A DNA stretch of 62,849 bases, from positions 1 to 62,849 of IMG/VR virus record IMGVR_UViG_3300038492_000542, one strand, 5' to 3'. Below the pieces are notes generated by a model that had not been told where the DNA came from, ran no database searches, and saw only the letters and a list, made by a program, of their open reading frames with translations. Below, piece after piece: positions 10,034-20,145 of this stretch (the stretch's first letter is position 1; each line of letters opens with the position of its first letter). Source of the stretch: a virus. Lineage: Duplodnaviria; Caudoviricetes. The translations under genes were made by a program, and so were the position numbers.

Positions 10034-11676
10034 TGGCTGATCATGAGGGGGCAATCCCGCAAAGAGTAGTTGGCGGAAAGGCTACAAATCTAGCCAGTGG
10101 CATGTATGCGCCTTTTTCCAAGATTTCACCAAGTGGATCTTTATCTAGCACCACAATTGGAGGTCCTCATACCAAAAGTAATTCAAAGCAGGAGTTTCCA
10201 AAAAGCCACAGCGGCGCTATTGCAGACTCATACAAAAACATATTTTATTATCGAATATTGATAGAGCCTAAGTTTTTTGATGTTGGTAATTTGGTTAGCC
10301 AGCAAACAAGAACATTCAAGGTATTTAACGCCTATTTTAATGATGTTGATTTGCTGAGCATTAATGCATCCAATGATGGTGGTATTTTGCTGTCTGGCCC
10401 ATCGGCACCGAGAACAATGGCTCAGCTTCAAGAGCTAGAGTATGAGATAACACTACCAACTGATGGTCCTACCGATATTAACGCCGAATACCTTTTTGAT
10501 TTTCAGGCGGGGTATGAGGATCAGGTTGTTTCTGTTGTTGGTTCTCGAGTGGTTCTTTTTCCGTATTGGTTTAGGGCGGCAATGACCGAAAAGCTCTCTT
10601 GGAGCACTGAGATTATCACCTCGAAAAACGGTACTGAGCAGAGAATACGAAAGCGACAAAACCCCATTCAGTCCTTTACTGGGGAAATATTTCTAAGCCG
10701 AAATGAAGTCACACGGGCGGATATATTAATTGCCGGCTGGAGAAATAGAAACTGGGCGCTTCCTGTTTGGAGTGAGTCGCGCGTGGGTGAAGAGGTAAAT
10801 ATTGGTGATAGTAGTGTCACTGTTGATACTGCTAATGCTGATTTTAGAGTTGGCTCACTTTGTGTTATATGGGCATCTCCGCGAAAGTTTGAGATTCTTG
10901 AGGTGACTGCTATCACCTCAAATTCCATTACGTTTGATCGACAGTCAAATAAGTACTTCTCATCGCCATTTGTGGCACCTGCCCGCATTGCTCGCATGTC
11001 ATCTGACCCAGTAAGAGACTTTAATGGTTTTTCAGGTCAGTCATCGGTGAGCTTTGATGTTGTGGATAACACAAGTCTAACCGGTGGAGATCAGCCCATT
11101 CAGCACAATGGACTGGATGTCTATCTGGGGCCTGCCAATCTTCCCGCATCGAGCACATATATAAACCCCATTGATGTGATTAGCTATGGCACTGGCAAGA
11201 CTGAAAGCTTTACGACATGGGATTACACTAAAATAGAGACCCAATTTCTTGTTGCTATTGATAGTCAAGGAGAGGCTTGGGAATTTAAAAAGTTCATGCA
11301 CAAGCTTGCGGGTCGCGCAATTGGCTTTTACATGCCAACCTTTGAGAATAATCTCAGGCTGTTGTCTTCTGGGGTTATAGCAGCGGTCATAATTATTGTT
11401 GATGATGATCAATCTACACAGGCTCTAGATAGAACCAGTATTGCCATTAATCTGAACAATGGAAATTGGTTGTTTCGCGATATCACATCAATTGCCAAGG
11501 ATAATGATGGCAACCTTGAGGTTGTGCTTGATAGCCCCATTAATCTTGATGCTTCAGAAATTAAATTTATTAGCTACATGGGCGAAAAAAGGCTCAGCTC
11601 TGATGATGTTACAATAGAGTGGGGAGCCAATAATAAAGCCACTTGCACTATGTCCATCACAGAGTACCAAACATGA
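10033..11676 (+). CDS. Tail-tip/distal tail protein
   Basis: 547 aa; EKLSWSTEII..KNGTEQR..R..P and GRA..FYMPTF motifs. Confidence 0.7.
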   Translation: MADHEGAIPQRVVGGKATNLASGMYAPFSKISPSGSLSSTTIGGPHTKSNSKQEFPKSHSGAIADSYKNIFYYRILIEPKFFDVGNLVSQQTRTFKVFNAYFNDVDLLSINASNDGGILLSGPSAPRTMAQLQELEYEITLPTDGPTDINAEYLFDFQAGYEDQVVSVVGSRVVLFPYWFRAAMTEKLSWSTEIITSKNGTEQRIRKRQNPIQSFTGEIFLSRNEVTRADILIAGWRNRNWALPVWSESRVGEEVNIGDSSVTVDTANADFRVGSLCVIWASPRKFEILEVTAITSNSITFDRQSNKYFSSPFVAPARIARMSSDPVRDFNGFSGQSSVSFDVVDNTSLTGGDQPIQHNGLDVYLGPANLPASSTYINPIDVISYGTGKTESFTTWDYTKIETQFLVAIDSQGEAWEFKKFMHKLAGRAIGFYMPTFENNLRLLSSGVIAAVIIIVDDDQSTQALDRTSIAINLNNGNWLFRDITSIAKDNDGNLEVVLDSPINLDASEIKFISYMGEKRLSSDDVTIEWGANNKATCTMSITEYQT

Positions 11677-12494
11677 CATTTGAGATCATTGAGAATAGCC
11701 AATTTAGAGGGCAGCCGGTTGACCTTTATGAGTTTGTTCGCGGCACTAATATCTGGCGATACACGTCGGCTGATGAAGATAAAAGCGTTGACTTTGCCAC
11801 TTACAAGTCCTATGAAATGTCACGATCAGCCATTGACAACAGTCAAGATATCGCTAAATCACATATCACCATTAAGGCCACTACTGATAACCCGTTTGCC
11901 TACCAATTTATTGCCTCCTCACCGAGTGATGTGATTGATGTGGTCATTAAGCAATATCATGAAACGGATGTGGATAATCAAGTGGTTACTCTGTGGAATG
12001 GCCGTGTGGTTAACGTTAAGTTCGTTGGTAATGAGGTTCAAATACGTTGTGAGCCTCAAGTCACTAGCATGAATCGAAACACGCTTAGGCGCCTATACCA
12101 GCCTGAGTGCCCTCATGTTCTTTATGGGTCGCAATGTCGCGCCGATGAGCTCAATTTTTTGGTTAATGCTGATGTTGATGCCAGCACTGGCAACACCATT
12201 ACCTCTAGCACTATTGGCGCTTATTCTGACGGCTATTTTAGTGGTGGCTATATTGAGTGGGACAGAGCATCATACAAAGACCGTCGATCCATTTTAGATC
12301 ATGTGGGTGACACGATTACGCTCAATGGTGATTTGGCTGGTATTGATGTGGGTGATGAGGTTGCTATTTACCCGGGCTGTGCGCACAACATGACAGCCTG
12401 CAAAGACAAATTTAATAACTTAGACAACTATGGCGGTTTTGCTTGGCTGTCTGTTTATATGAAAAACCCCATGGGAGGCGATTCGGTTTTCTAA
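11673..12494 (+). CDS. DUF2163/BR0599 family tail protein (gpL-like, Cys cluster)
   Basis: CPHVLYGSQC and YPGCAHNMTACKDKFNNLDNYGGF motifs; ATG overlaps the upstream stop. Confidence 0.85.
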   Translation: MTFEIIENSQFRGQPVDLYEFVRGTNIWRYTSADEDKSVDFATYKSYEMSRSAIDNSQDIAKSHITIKATTDNPFAYQFIASSPSDVIDVVIKQYHETDVDNQVVTLWNGRVVNVKFVGNEVQIRCEPQVTSMNRNTLRRLYQPECPHVLYGSQCRADELNFLVNADVDASTGNTITSSTIGAYSDGYFSGGYIEWDRASYKDRRSILDHVGDTITLNGDLAGIDVGDEVAIYPGCAHNMTACKDKFNNLDNYGGFAWLSVYMKNPMGGDSVF

Positions 12495-14875
12495 TGAGCT
12501 GGTATTATCTTGTTGTTGCAATCATTATCGCGGTTGTTGCCTATGTTATGCGGCCAAAGCCGCCAGGGCAGCCGCCACCATCACTCAGTGAGCTCAATAT
12601 CCCCACGGCAGAGCCAGGGCGTGAAATACCGAAGGTCTATGGAAGTCGCCGAATAAAATCGCCGAATATCGTTTGGTATGGTGATTTAGGTTATTTGCCG
12701 GTGAAAAAGAAAGGGGTCACTATTGGCTACCTGTACTATTTGGGTATGCATATGATATTGGGTTATCCCGTAGAGGAGGTGACTGGCATATATGCCGATG
12801 ACATCGAGGTATGGAAAGGCAGTATCACCGAAAATACGCGCCTAAATATTCAGCAGCACAACTTATTTGGTGGCCCAGAAAAAGAGGGGGGCATTGTCGG
12901 TGAGGTCGACGTTGAGCTTGGCGGCCCAACCCAACAACAAAATAGCTATCTCAAATCAACGATGGGTGAGGGTCAAGATATACCCGCATTTAGAGGGGTA
13001 ACGGGGATTGTCCTTAGGCATTGCTATGTCACGGCGATGACCAAATACCCCAAGCCGTGGAGTATTAGTGTAAAAAACATTCCTCGCGGCTGGTATCCAG
13101 AAAAGGCGGAAATTGTCGGCCAAGGTGTTGAGGGTGATGACGATTATATACCGGGTGGATCGTGCAACCCCGCCCACATCATCTACGACATAATGACAGA
13201 CAGCGAAATTGGCATGGGTTTGAACCCGCTCAGGATTAATGAGGCCTCATTCATTGCCGCGGCAGATACGCTGTACGATGAGAACTTTGGTCTATCGCTT
13301 ATTCTGAATAAGCAAAGCCAAGTTAAAGATTTTGTACAAACCATCATCAGTCATATTAACGCCACACTGTATGAAGAAAAAACCTCTAATCAATGGGTCA
13401 TTAAATTGATACGCGAGCCAAGCCAAGCTGAGCTAGATGCCGCTGCGGTATTCGATGAAACCAACATTGTTAAAATGGTGGACTTTGAGCGCCCAAGCTT
13501 TGCCGAGATGATTAATGAGGTGGTGATTAAGTACCGGCCTCAGTTCTCAAGCAAGGATAACAGCTTGCCTGTGCAAGATATGGCCAGTATTAAAAATCAG
13601 TATGGCATCATCTCGCAAACCTCATACTATAGTGGCATTGATAACGCGACCATTGCTCGCCGTGTCGGGCTTCGCGATGTTAAGCAATATGCCACACCAC
13701 TGGCAAAGGGTAAGTTCAACTGCAACCGGTCTGGCGCATCGATACGCCCTGGCGATATCATTAAGCTGAGTTGGGATGATTACGGTATAGAGCAATTTAT
13801 TTGCCGCGTGTTTGCGGTCAATTCGGGATCCATAAACTCTGGGCAAGTGACTATTACTTATACCCAAGATATCTTCACGCTACCCTTGACCACCTACATT
13901 GAAAATCAGCCGCCAATATGGGTTAATCCTATCGGCGATCCAGTTGCTGTGGAAAATCAAATTTTCACAGAAATGACATATTATGACTTGATTAAAAACC
14001 TAAGTATTGGTGATCTCAATGCGCTCAACTCAAACATATCCTACGTTCAACTCTTTCCTCAAAAGCCTGGCAATATTGCCTCTGCTGACTATGAGTATTG
14101 GCTTAGCACCGGCACTTACCAGCAATTTGAAAATGGCGACTACTCACCGACCGCGCAGCTCACCAATCCCATTGGAAAAATGGACACCGTAATTGATGTT
14201 GATTCGATATCGGCGGATGCCTCAGTCATTCCTGTTGGCAGTTATGCGGCCATTGGAAATGAGATTGTGATTGTTGATGGTATCGACACTGCAAACAGTC
14301 AAATCACGGTATCTCGCGGCACGATTGACACACTGCCTCAGGATCATTTGGCTGGTGACATTTTGTATTTTGGTGAGACCTTTGCTGGCAGGGATCTTAA
14401 CCCTTATGCCTCAGGAACAAATATATCAGCCAAGGCGCTTGTGGCGACTACCAGTGTCTTAGATATCGATGATGCACTTGAGAGCTCATTGACTACCGAT
14501 GCTAGGCAGTTTAAGCCATACCCGCCTAGCAACATACAGATTAACGCTTTGTATTATCCTTCAGGCGTTACTGGAGATATTGATGTGACATGGGCGCATA
14601 GGGATAGAACAGCCCCTAATCTCATTGGCTTTTTGGCTGGTGATGTGGGCCCTGAGGCGGGCACTCAGTATGAAATCACCATAACGGATCTGGATGGGCC
14701 TACGATTATCAAGACAGAAACTCTTTCAACAACTCAGCTAACGTACACTGAGGCTGATGAGCTGCTTGATCATGGGCAATTGGCAACAAATGTTAGGGTT
14801 GAGCTAAAAAGCCTTAGGGGCGGCGTTGACAGCCTGCAAACGTTCTCTCATGACTTTACACGAACACCGAGCTAA
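12494..14875 (+). CDS. Central tail hub/tip attachment protein
   Basis: IPKVYGS, PAFRG, NPAHIIYD, VSRGTIDT.P..H..G motifs; start placed at the ATG overlapping the previous stop. Confidence 0.85.
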   Translation: MSWYYLVVAIIIAVVAYVMRPKPPGQPPPSLSELNIPTAEPGREIPKVYGSRRIKSPNIVWYGDLGYLPVKKKGVTIGYLYYLGMHMILGYPVEEVTGIYADDIEVWKGSITENTRLNIQQHNLFGGPEKEGGIVGEVDVELGGPTQQQNSYLKSTMGEGQDIPAFRGVTGIVLRHCYVTAMTKYPKPWSISVKNIPRGWYPEKAEIVGQGVEGDDDYIPGGSCNPAHIIYDIMTDSEIGMGLNPLRINEASFIAAADTLYDENFGLSLILNKQSQVKDFVQTIISHINATLYEEKTSNQWVIKLIREPSQAELDAAAVFDETNIVKMVDFERPSFAEMINEVVIKYRPQFSSKDNSLPVQDMASIKNQYGIISQTSYYSGIDNATIARRVGLRDVKQYATPLAKGKFNCNRSGASIRPGDIIKLSWDDYGIEQFICRVFAVNSGSINSGQVTITYTQDIFTLPLTTYIENQPPIWVNPIGDPVAVENQIFTEMTYYDLIKNLSIGDLNALNSNISYVQLFPQKPGNIASADYEYWLSTGTYQQFENGDYSPTAQLTNPIGKMDTVIDVDSISADASVIPVGSYAAIGNEIVIVDGIDTANSQITVSRGTIDTLPQDHLAGDILYFGETFAGRDLNPYASGTNISAKALVATTSVLDIDDALESSLTTDARQFKPYPPSNIQINALYYPSGVTGDIDVTWAHRDRTAPNLIGFLAGDVGPEAGTQYEITITDLDGPTIIKTETLSTTQLTYTEADELLDHGQLATNVRVELKSLRGGVDSLQTFSHDFTRTPS

Positions 14876-15090
14876 ATAGATAGCTCGGTTTTTGTGAGGT
14901 ACTCATAGAGTATTTGGACCTTATCAACGCTGGGCTCGCGAATCTTGCCTTGCTTAAAGGCATTTATCCACGCCTCTTTCAGGTTTGTGGCTATGGATAT
15001 CTCCCTTACAGATGGCCCAGTACCCTCAACGGCATTAATCCCCGTGATTAGATCTATCGTGGTTTTGTGTAATGATTGCTGATCTGCCAT
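14872..15090 (-). CDS. Small HTH (XRE/Cro-like) transcriptional regulator
   Basis: SVREISIATNLKEAWINAFKQGKIREPSVDKVQILYEYL. Confidence 0.7.
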   Translation of the reverse strand: MADQQSLHKTTIDLITGINAVEGTGPSVREISIATNLKEAWINAFKQGKIREPSVDKVQILYEYLTKTELSI

Positions 15091-15137
15091 AATTAAGCCT
15101 TTGATAATATATTGCTATTCTAGCACAAGGTTTTTTT

Positions 15138-15347
15138 ATGACAAAGGATGAGCTTGATATAGAGCTAATGACTCTCGCCCTAATTGTTTTCATTGAGCGC
15201 AATGGCGGATTTGTTCGGTTTACTCGTGATGAGCTTAACAGAGCCGCTGGAAAATCATTCAATATGGATATCGAGTTTGATAAAAATAACTTGAATCTAA
15301 TATCCACACAGTTGGGGCAAGAGGTGCCAGATGGGGCTGTTAACTAA
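15138..15347 (+). CDS. Hypothetical protein
   Basis: 69-aa ORF divergent from the HTH gene, followed by a terminator. Confidence 0.5.
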   Translation: MTKDELDIELMTLALIVFIERNGGFVRFTRDELNRAAGKSFNMDIEFDKNNLNLISTQLGQEVPDGAVN

Positions 15348-15358
15348 GCCCCTTTTTA
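15333..15358 (+). terminator. Terminator between convergent genes
   Basis: GGGGCT...AGCCCC hairpin plus TTTTT. Confidence 0.55.
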
Positions 15359-15744
15359 ATTTCCAGTGCAGCTCGGTAAATCTTCCTTGCTTCAAATATA
15401 GATGAAATATTGGCGGCGTGGTATTTCTTGCCAATAGCGTCACTAATCTTTTTGTATAGTGTGCCCCTTGGTATCTTTCCTGATTTCCATAGCGGATCGA
15501 TAAGCGCATGAATATGGCGCCTTGCGTTTTTAATTTCAGGTGTTGCTATTATGCCGAGTGGTAGTGTTGGGTTGTTCTTGTCCTTATGGTGGCAGCCAAC
15601 AAAATTTCCGCATGTATCGCACCGCCAAAATGGAAGTGAGTGAAGATCTTCCCTGTGCGGGTAGACCTCCTCACCGCTAGTTAATCTTGGCTTGATATCC
15701 TTGTTACAGCAACAGCAATATATGGCTTTAATCTTCTTTGGCAT
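15340..15744 (-). CDS. DUF3268-like zinc-finger protein
   Basis: C..C, EVYPHREDL, W.C..C..FVGCH, PLG..A....ARR..H...DPLWKSG motifs. Confidence 0.8.
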   Translation of the reverse strand: MPKKIKAIYCCCCNKDIKPRLTSGEEVYPHREDLHSLPFWRCDTCGNFVGCHHKDKNNPTLPLGIIATPEIKNARRHIHALIDPLWKSGKIPRGTLYKKISDAIGKKYHAANISSIFEARKIYRAALEIKKGLS

Positions 15745-16243
15745 CTATCGACTCAAGCAAATCATAAACTTCAAATGTATTACTCCAATCTATTCCGTCA
15801 TAATCCTCTTTTTCTTCATTCCACTCACCATTAAATAGATTGTCAGTTACTGATGTTAAGTGGAATCCTATGGCTTCAAGATTATAGCTTGAGTCAAATA
15901 TTTCAGATATTTCCATCCAGTGATTTGCATAACCGTCTTTGGGTGGAAAGTCCTTTAAGAAAAGCCTTATATCATTAGCAGCCCTTTTAAAATTTTCATT
16001 TTTTATATATGCAAAATCATAAGTCATCATTAAAACTGATCTATGATGTTTTGGTATATTTTTATCGTTATAAATAGGCCATAATTTTTCTATTTGCCAC
16101 TGGTATGAATGATCCTCAGTATTTAAATACCTTTTTGACATTTCATTCCATATGAATGGAGCGCTACCCCATGAGTTTTGAAGCTGTTTTATTATCTCGT
16201 TTCCTTTGCCTATTTTTAGGCTTAATATTTTTGTGTTGCTCAT
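15728..16243 (-). CDS. Hypothetical protein
   Basis: 171-aa ORF coupled within the recombination operon. Confidence 0.6.
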   Translation of the reverse strand: MSNTKILSLKIGKGNEIIKQLQNSWGSAPFIWNEMSKRYLNTEDHSYQWQIEKLWPIYNDKNIPKHHRSVLMMTYDFAYIKNENFKRAANDIRLFLKDFPPKDGYANHWMEISEIFDSSYNLEAIGFHLTSVTDNLFNGEWNEEKEDYDGIDWSNTFEVYDLLESIDAKED

Positions 16244-16911
16244 TTGTCACTCTCAATTATAACTGATTTTAATTCACCAATAAGATTTTCAATATGCTTA
16301 TCAAACTCTAATAGCTTTATTTCCATATCTGCTATAAATTCATCATCTCGATACACTCTATGGCTAACAAAATCCAAGCCGGCTGTATCTAGCTGAGGGC
16401 AATACAGACAGAAGTCGCACCACTCGCGACCGGTAATCCATAGGCCGCCCTGTATTTGGGGCTTAACATAATCCATAAAATCTGGTTTCTTTGTGATTAT
16501 GTCATAAACTTTTTCTGGTGCATTAAAGCACTTGTACTCGCTTATTCCATCGTCATCAATACTGCCATCAACGCTCACGCCAAACTTTTTATCGCCTGTT
16601 AGCGCTAGGCTTACACTCTCAACTAGCAAACCTTTTTCATTCTCATGCTTGGATCTTGCCAATGGCTCCAGCTCGTTGCCCCTACGTGCCTGCCAAGGGG
16701 TAAACTCATCAACATTAAATAGCTTTCCAGAGATTCGCTCAAAGGCCAGTTTTTTAGCGTAGGCGCTGGCTTTTGCCTTGTAGTTTCCCTTGCTTTTACC
16801 GCGTGTTGATATATCTAGAATATCGCCAAAGTTAGATGCGGTAATAACGCCGCACCTATCTTCTAGCCACTCTTTAGAGCCCTGTTCTGATGTACTCCAA
16901 ATGACTTCCAT
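16240..16911 (-). CDS. YqaJ/lambda-exonuclease family exonuclease
   Basis: EQGSKEWLEDRCGVITAS, RGNELEP.AR, SVDG, EYKC, QIQGGLWITGREWCDF. Confidence 0.92.
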   Translation of the reverse strand: MEVIWSTSEQGSKEWLEDRCGVITASNFGDILDISTRGKSKGNYKAKASAYAKKLAFERISGKLFNVDEFTPWQARRGNELEPLARSKHENEKGLLVESVSLALTGDKKFGVSVDGSIDDDGISEYKCFNAPEKVYDIITKKPDFMDYVKPQIQGGLWITGREWCDFCLYCPQLDTAGLDFVSHRVYRDDEFIADMEIKLLEFDKHIENLIGELKSVIIESDK

Positions 16912-17807
16912 TATTGATTGGCCTCTATTGTCTTGGCTTTATTGGATAGCCATGTCATGGCCGGCTGATACCTATTTTCAGGCACCTCTAGCAAGTTGGT
17001 GACCTGAAGCTTTTCCATAATAAAGTTCTCATCTTTGCCAATTAATTTAGAGGCGTTTATTAGGTTTATTCTTTGGTCTTCAGTGATGGTTTGAACCTGT
17101 GGCGTGATATCTTTCTCATTGCCAAGATCGCTACCTTCTACATCGTTAACGACAGTTACAGCCTTATTAAATCGCTCAGCACCATTCCCTAATGGCCACT
17201 GCTTGCTAGCGCGCTTAATGATGGCTTTTTTGGCCATCTCTTCAAACCAGTTATCCCAAACAGCTTTGGTTTTGGCGGCGTTTTTACACTTGTTTATTTC
17301 GGCTAAATCCATGATATCTGTGAGATAATCGCCGGATTGTGTTTTGGCAATGCAATAAACGCCAACCGTGTTACCTCTATCACCAAATGGCTGCATCTCA
17401 TGAATAGGCATTTCACACGGGCCGCGATAGGTGAAGGTGTCATTCTTCTTAACAATCTCAGCCTTTACCCATTCAATGCCTCCGCTGTCTGTGGCAATCT
17501 TCATCAGTCCTTTAAAACTGATGCGAAGCTGGCACAGATTAACTCGCTGAGTGCCGACCTTTACATTCTCAGGCACTAGATAGGCGTAACCATAAGCAGG
17601 ATTTAGCGTTAGCCCTATCGCGGCCACATTGATAATGGCATCCTGTATTGATTGAGGATTGCAGCCCGCTAAGTAGGTGTTTTTGTTGATCGCCTGAATG
17701 GCAAATTGTGACTCCTCGGCCCATGTTACAAGGTTTTCTTTAGTCGCAATAAGCTCAAACTGCTGCCTTGAGTGCTCAATAATTTCTGGCCATGTAGGAT
17801 TACTCAT
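16911..17807 (-). CDS. recT: RecT family single-strand annealing protein
   Basis: GLTLNP..GYAYLVP, ISFKGL, W.NWFEEMAKKAIIKRASK.WP; adjacent to exonuclease. Confidence 0.88.
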   Translation of the reverse strand: MSNPTWPEIIEHSRQQFELIATKENLVTWAEESQFAIQAINKNTYLAGCNPQSIQDAIINVAAIGLTLNPAYGYAYLVPENVKVGTQRVNLCQLRISFKGLMKIATDSGGIEWVKAEIVKKNDTFTYRGPCEMPIHEMQPFGDRGNTVGVYCIAKTQSGDYLTDIMDLAEINKCKNAAKTKAVWDNWFEEMAKKAIIKRASKQWPLGNGAERFNKAVTVVNDVEGSDLGNEKDITPQVQTITEDQRINLINASKLIGKDENFIMEKLQVTNLLEVPENRYQPAMTWLSNKAKTIEANQ

Positions 17808-18078
17808 GCGGCGTTGCCTCAACGTTAAAGTATTCGTGGTCTGACCAATCGGTTTCATCTCTATTATTCCAGCAATAAGTGCCGGTTATCATGTGGTGCC
17901 CAACGCTAGGCTCTTCACCAAGGCTTGTGACCATGTGGTCTACCGCCTCTGATCCATTTTCCATAACGTCCGCCGATATCTCATCGACATCACACTCTGT
18001 CATTACGATGTCACCATTCATGCCAACGGATATCTCAGCGATAAACTCCGCGACATTGTCATAACTGCTAATTCCCAT
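17800..18078 (-). CDS. Hypothetical acidic protein, first gene of leftward operon
   Basis: GGAG SD before ATG 18078. Confidence 0.6.
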   Translation of the reverse strand: MGISSYDNVAEFIAEISVGMNGDIVMTECDVDEISADVMENGSEAVDHMVTSLGEEPSVGHHMITGTYCWNNRDETDWSDHEYFNVEATPHE

Positions 18079-18099
18079 TTTTCTCTCCTGCTGTAAAAA

Positions 18100-18140
18100 G
18101 TGCTTGCATATTATTACTAATATTATTACCATGCAAGCAC
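18100..18140. promoter_or_regulatory. Overlapping symmetric divergent sigma70 promoters
   Basis: + strand TTGCAT-17-TACCAT (18104-18132); - strand TTGCAT-17-TAATAT (18136-18108); flanked by inverted repeat GTGCTTGCAT/ATGCAAGCAC. Confidence 0.7.
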
Positions 18141-18161
18141 TATTTCAATGAGGACTGAAAA

Positions 18162-18347
18162 TTGACTAAAGAAGAAAAGAAAAAGATTACTAATGAGGCC
18201 AAAAAGCTTTTGAAAGCATTAAAGGGGCGCGGTAAAACTCAGCAAGATATTGCTATAGAGATTGGCTGCACTCAAGGCTGGATAGCTGCTGTTAAGAGTG
18301 GCGCTATTCCAAGCGATGATTTTATGAGTGCGCTTAGAAAGATATAA
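18162..18347 (+). CDS. Cro-like HTH regulator
   Basis: GKTQQDIAIEIGCTQGWIAAVKSG..PS; first gene of the rightward operon. Confidence 0.75.
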   Translation: MTKEEKKKITNEAKKLLKALKGRGKTQQDIAIEIGCTQGWIAAVKSGAIPSDDFMSALRKI

Positions 18348-18430
18348 AAAACGCCCCGCCGGAGCAGGGCAAACGGTTCACCCGTTCTTTATAGTTCAAT
18401 TCACTATAAATATCAATATTAGGTTAAGTT

Positions 18431-18616
18431 ATGAGAAATAAAAATCAAAAATCAATCGTTATTAAGAAGAGTGATAAGCCTGAAATTTCAGATAATAAGC
18501 ATGTTGCAGACGTTATGTGCAGAAGGGTTAGGCAGCGTCGGGCCGTAGAGCAGTCTATAGAGCGTAAGCGTATGGCTGATGAGTTAGGACTGCCACCGTC
18601 GATGATTGGCTTATAG
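18431..18616 (+). CDS. Hypothetical protein
   Basis: 61-aa ORF in rightward early operon. Confidence 0.5.
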   Translation: MRNKNQKSIVIKKSDKPEISDNKHVADVMCRRVRQRRAVEQSIERKRMADELGLPPSMIGL

Positions 18617-18624
18617 GAAAATTT

Positions 18625-18879
18625 ATGCCAATTAGATTTTTAGGTAGGCACCGAGTTAGAGCACTCTTTTACCATGTTACTGCTCTTCTTGCTGTTAGTG
18701 TAGAGGTTTTAAATCAGCTAAATATTATCGATAAAGGCTTAGCGTATTACTTTATTTGGTCACTTTTCTTTATTGATTACATGGCTGAAATGTTCGATCC
18801 AAACCCAAACAAAAAAGGCCCGTGGTATAAAAAGATTGACGCCTTTTTTCACAGATTTTTTGATAATAAGGATGATTAA
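18625..18879 (+). CDS. Hypothetical membrane protein
   Basis: Two hydrophobic segments. Confidence 0.5.
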   Translation: MPIRFLGRHRVRALFYHVTALLAVSVEVLNQLNIIDKGLAYYFIWSLFFIDYMAEMFDPNPNKKGPWYKKIDAFFHRFFDNKDD

Positions 18880-18882
18880 ACT

Positions 18883-19341
18883 ATGTCTAGCGAACTCCCA
18901 ACATACAGCGATTTGGTGCACAGCCTTTTTATAATGATAAACCATTACTGTACTGATTGCGTGGGCGAAATTGATACTCTTGGCGCCAGAAATATTGATT
19001 CTGTTATTAATGAGGCTAAGTCATTAGGTCTTTTGGATGGCGAAAAGATGAATCTTGATCTTTACGACTTTAGCAAAATAAAAGAGATGTTTATCGATCA
19101 AGATACAAAGCTATCAAGCGTTTCAACACCAGCAGCCAACTGGCGCAAAAATGGTGAAGAAGATCCATTTGCTACCTATATCGAAATGCAAAGATCCACC
19201 TTGGTCTGCGGCAACATGACTGATGATGAGCTTGCCAATGCTGTGTATTTATCGCCTGGTATTGCAAACTTAACAGGTGCCAAAGAGCGCATAAGATGGC
19301 TTAGTAGGAAGCTTGAGCAGGCTTTGAGCGAGGAAAAATAA
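18883..19341 (+). CDS. Conserved phage hypothetical protein
   Basis: PAA.WR..GE.DP...TDDELANA...AKERIRWLSR motif recurrent in phage accessory proteins. Confidence 0.6.
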   Translation: MSSELPTYSDLVHSLFIMINHYCTDCVGEIDTLGARNIDSVINEAKSLGLLDGEKMNLDLYDFSKIKEMFIDQDTKLSSVSTPAANWRKNGEEDPFATYIEMQRSTLVCGNMTDDELANAVYLSPGIANLTGAKERIRWLSRKLEQALSEEK

Positions 19342-19575
19342 GTGGATCAAATTGCTATAGCTATTTTGGGGTTGACAGCTGTTTTTATGAGTCAGTCTAA
19401 ATCAAAAAAACTAAATAAGTTTGCCTGTTTGTTTGGTATGTCATCTCAGCCTTTTTGGCTTTACTCAACTTATGTAAATGGGTTATGGGGAATGTTTGTT
19501 TTGTCTATATTCTATTCTTTTGCTTGGGGTGTTGGCATAAAAAATAATTGGTTTAATAAAGGTGATATGGTATGA
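19342..19575 (+). CDS. Small membrane protein (PnuC-like hairpin fragment)
   Basis: FGMSSQPFWLY...WGMF hydrophobic pattern. Confidence 0.55.
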   Translation: MDQIAIAILGLTAVFMSQSKSKKLNKFACLFGMSSQPFWLYSTYVNGLWGMFVLSIFYSFAWGVGIKNNWFNKGDMV

Positions 19576-20117
19576 GCGAAGAAATTATTCTATATGATGA
19601 AGTTAAGTTGGAAAAGGTTCAAAAAACCGGATATGTTTCCAAGGGTTTTTTCTATGGTGACAATGAGCATTTGGCTAAGTGGAATGAATGCACGCATGTT
19701 TCTTGTGGTCAGTGCGGTAAGCCTACACCAAAGTTGTACACAATTTGCGAAGATTGCAGAGAGAAGATAGCAATAGAAGCGTGGGAAGAGGCACCCAAAA
19801 AACCATTCAATAAAGGTGAAGACTTTTTCTACTCTGATCTACTTGAGAAGTATTACAGCTCATATGATGAGGTTGAGAATGATTGCGAAGATCTTGAAAT
19901 AGATATTTCTGATTTGCGTCTTTATCACTGCGATAGAGCTGTTAACCCTAGTGTTGATCTAGAAAGTATTTATGAGGATTGCACGCCAGAAGAAAATGAC
20001 CCTAGTGATATGTGGACAGATGAAATACAAGAAGCTGCAGATAGGCTTAATGAGCTAATTGAAGAGCATCCTGTAAATTGTTTTTACCCATCAAAAATAG
20101 CCGTTAAAGATGATTAA
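19572..20117 (+). CDS. Hypothetical protein with CxxC pairs
   Basis: CTH..CGQC...CEDC; coupled ORF. Confidence 0.6.
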   Translation: MSEEIILYDEVKLEKVQKTGYVSKGFFYGDNEHLAKWNECTHVSCGQCGKPTPKLYTICEDCREKIAIEAWEEAPKKPFNKGEDFFYSDLLEKYYSSYDEVENDCEDLEIDISDLRLYHCDRAVNPSVDLESIYEDCTPEENDPSDMWTDEIQEAADRLNELIEEHPVNCFYPSKIAVKDD

Positions 20118-20145
20118 TTAAAAAATAACCAAATAAGGTAATAAT

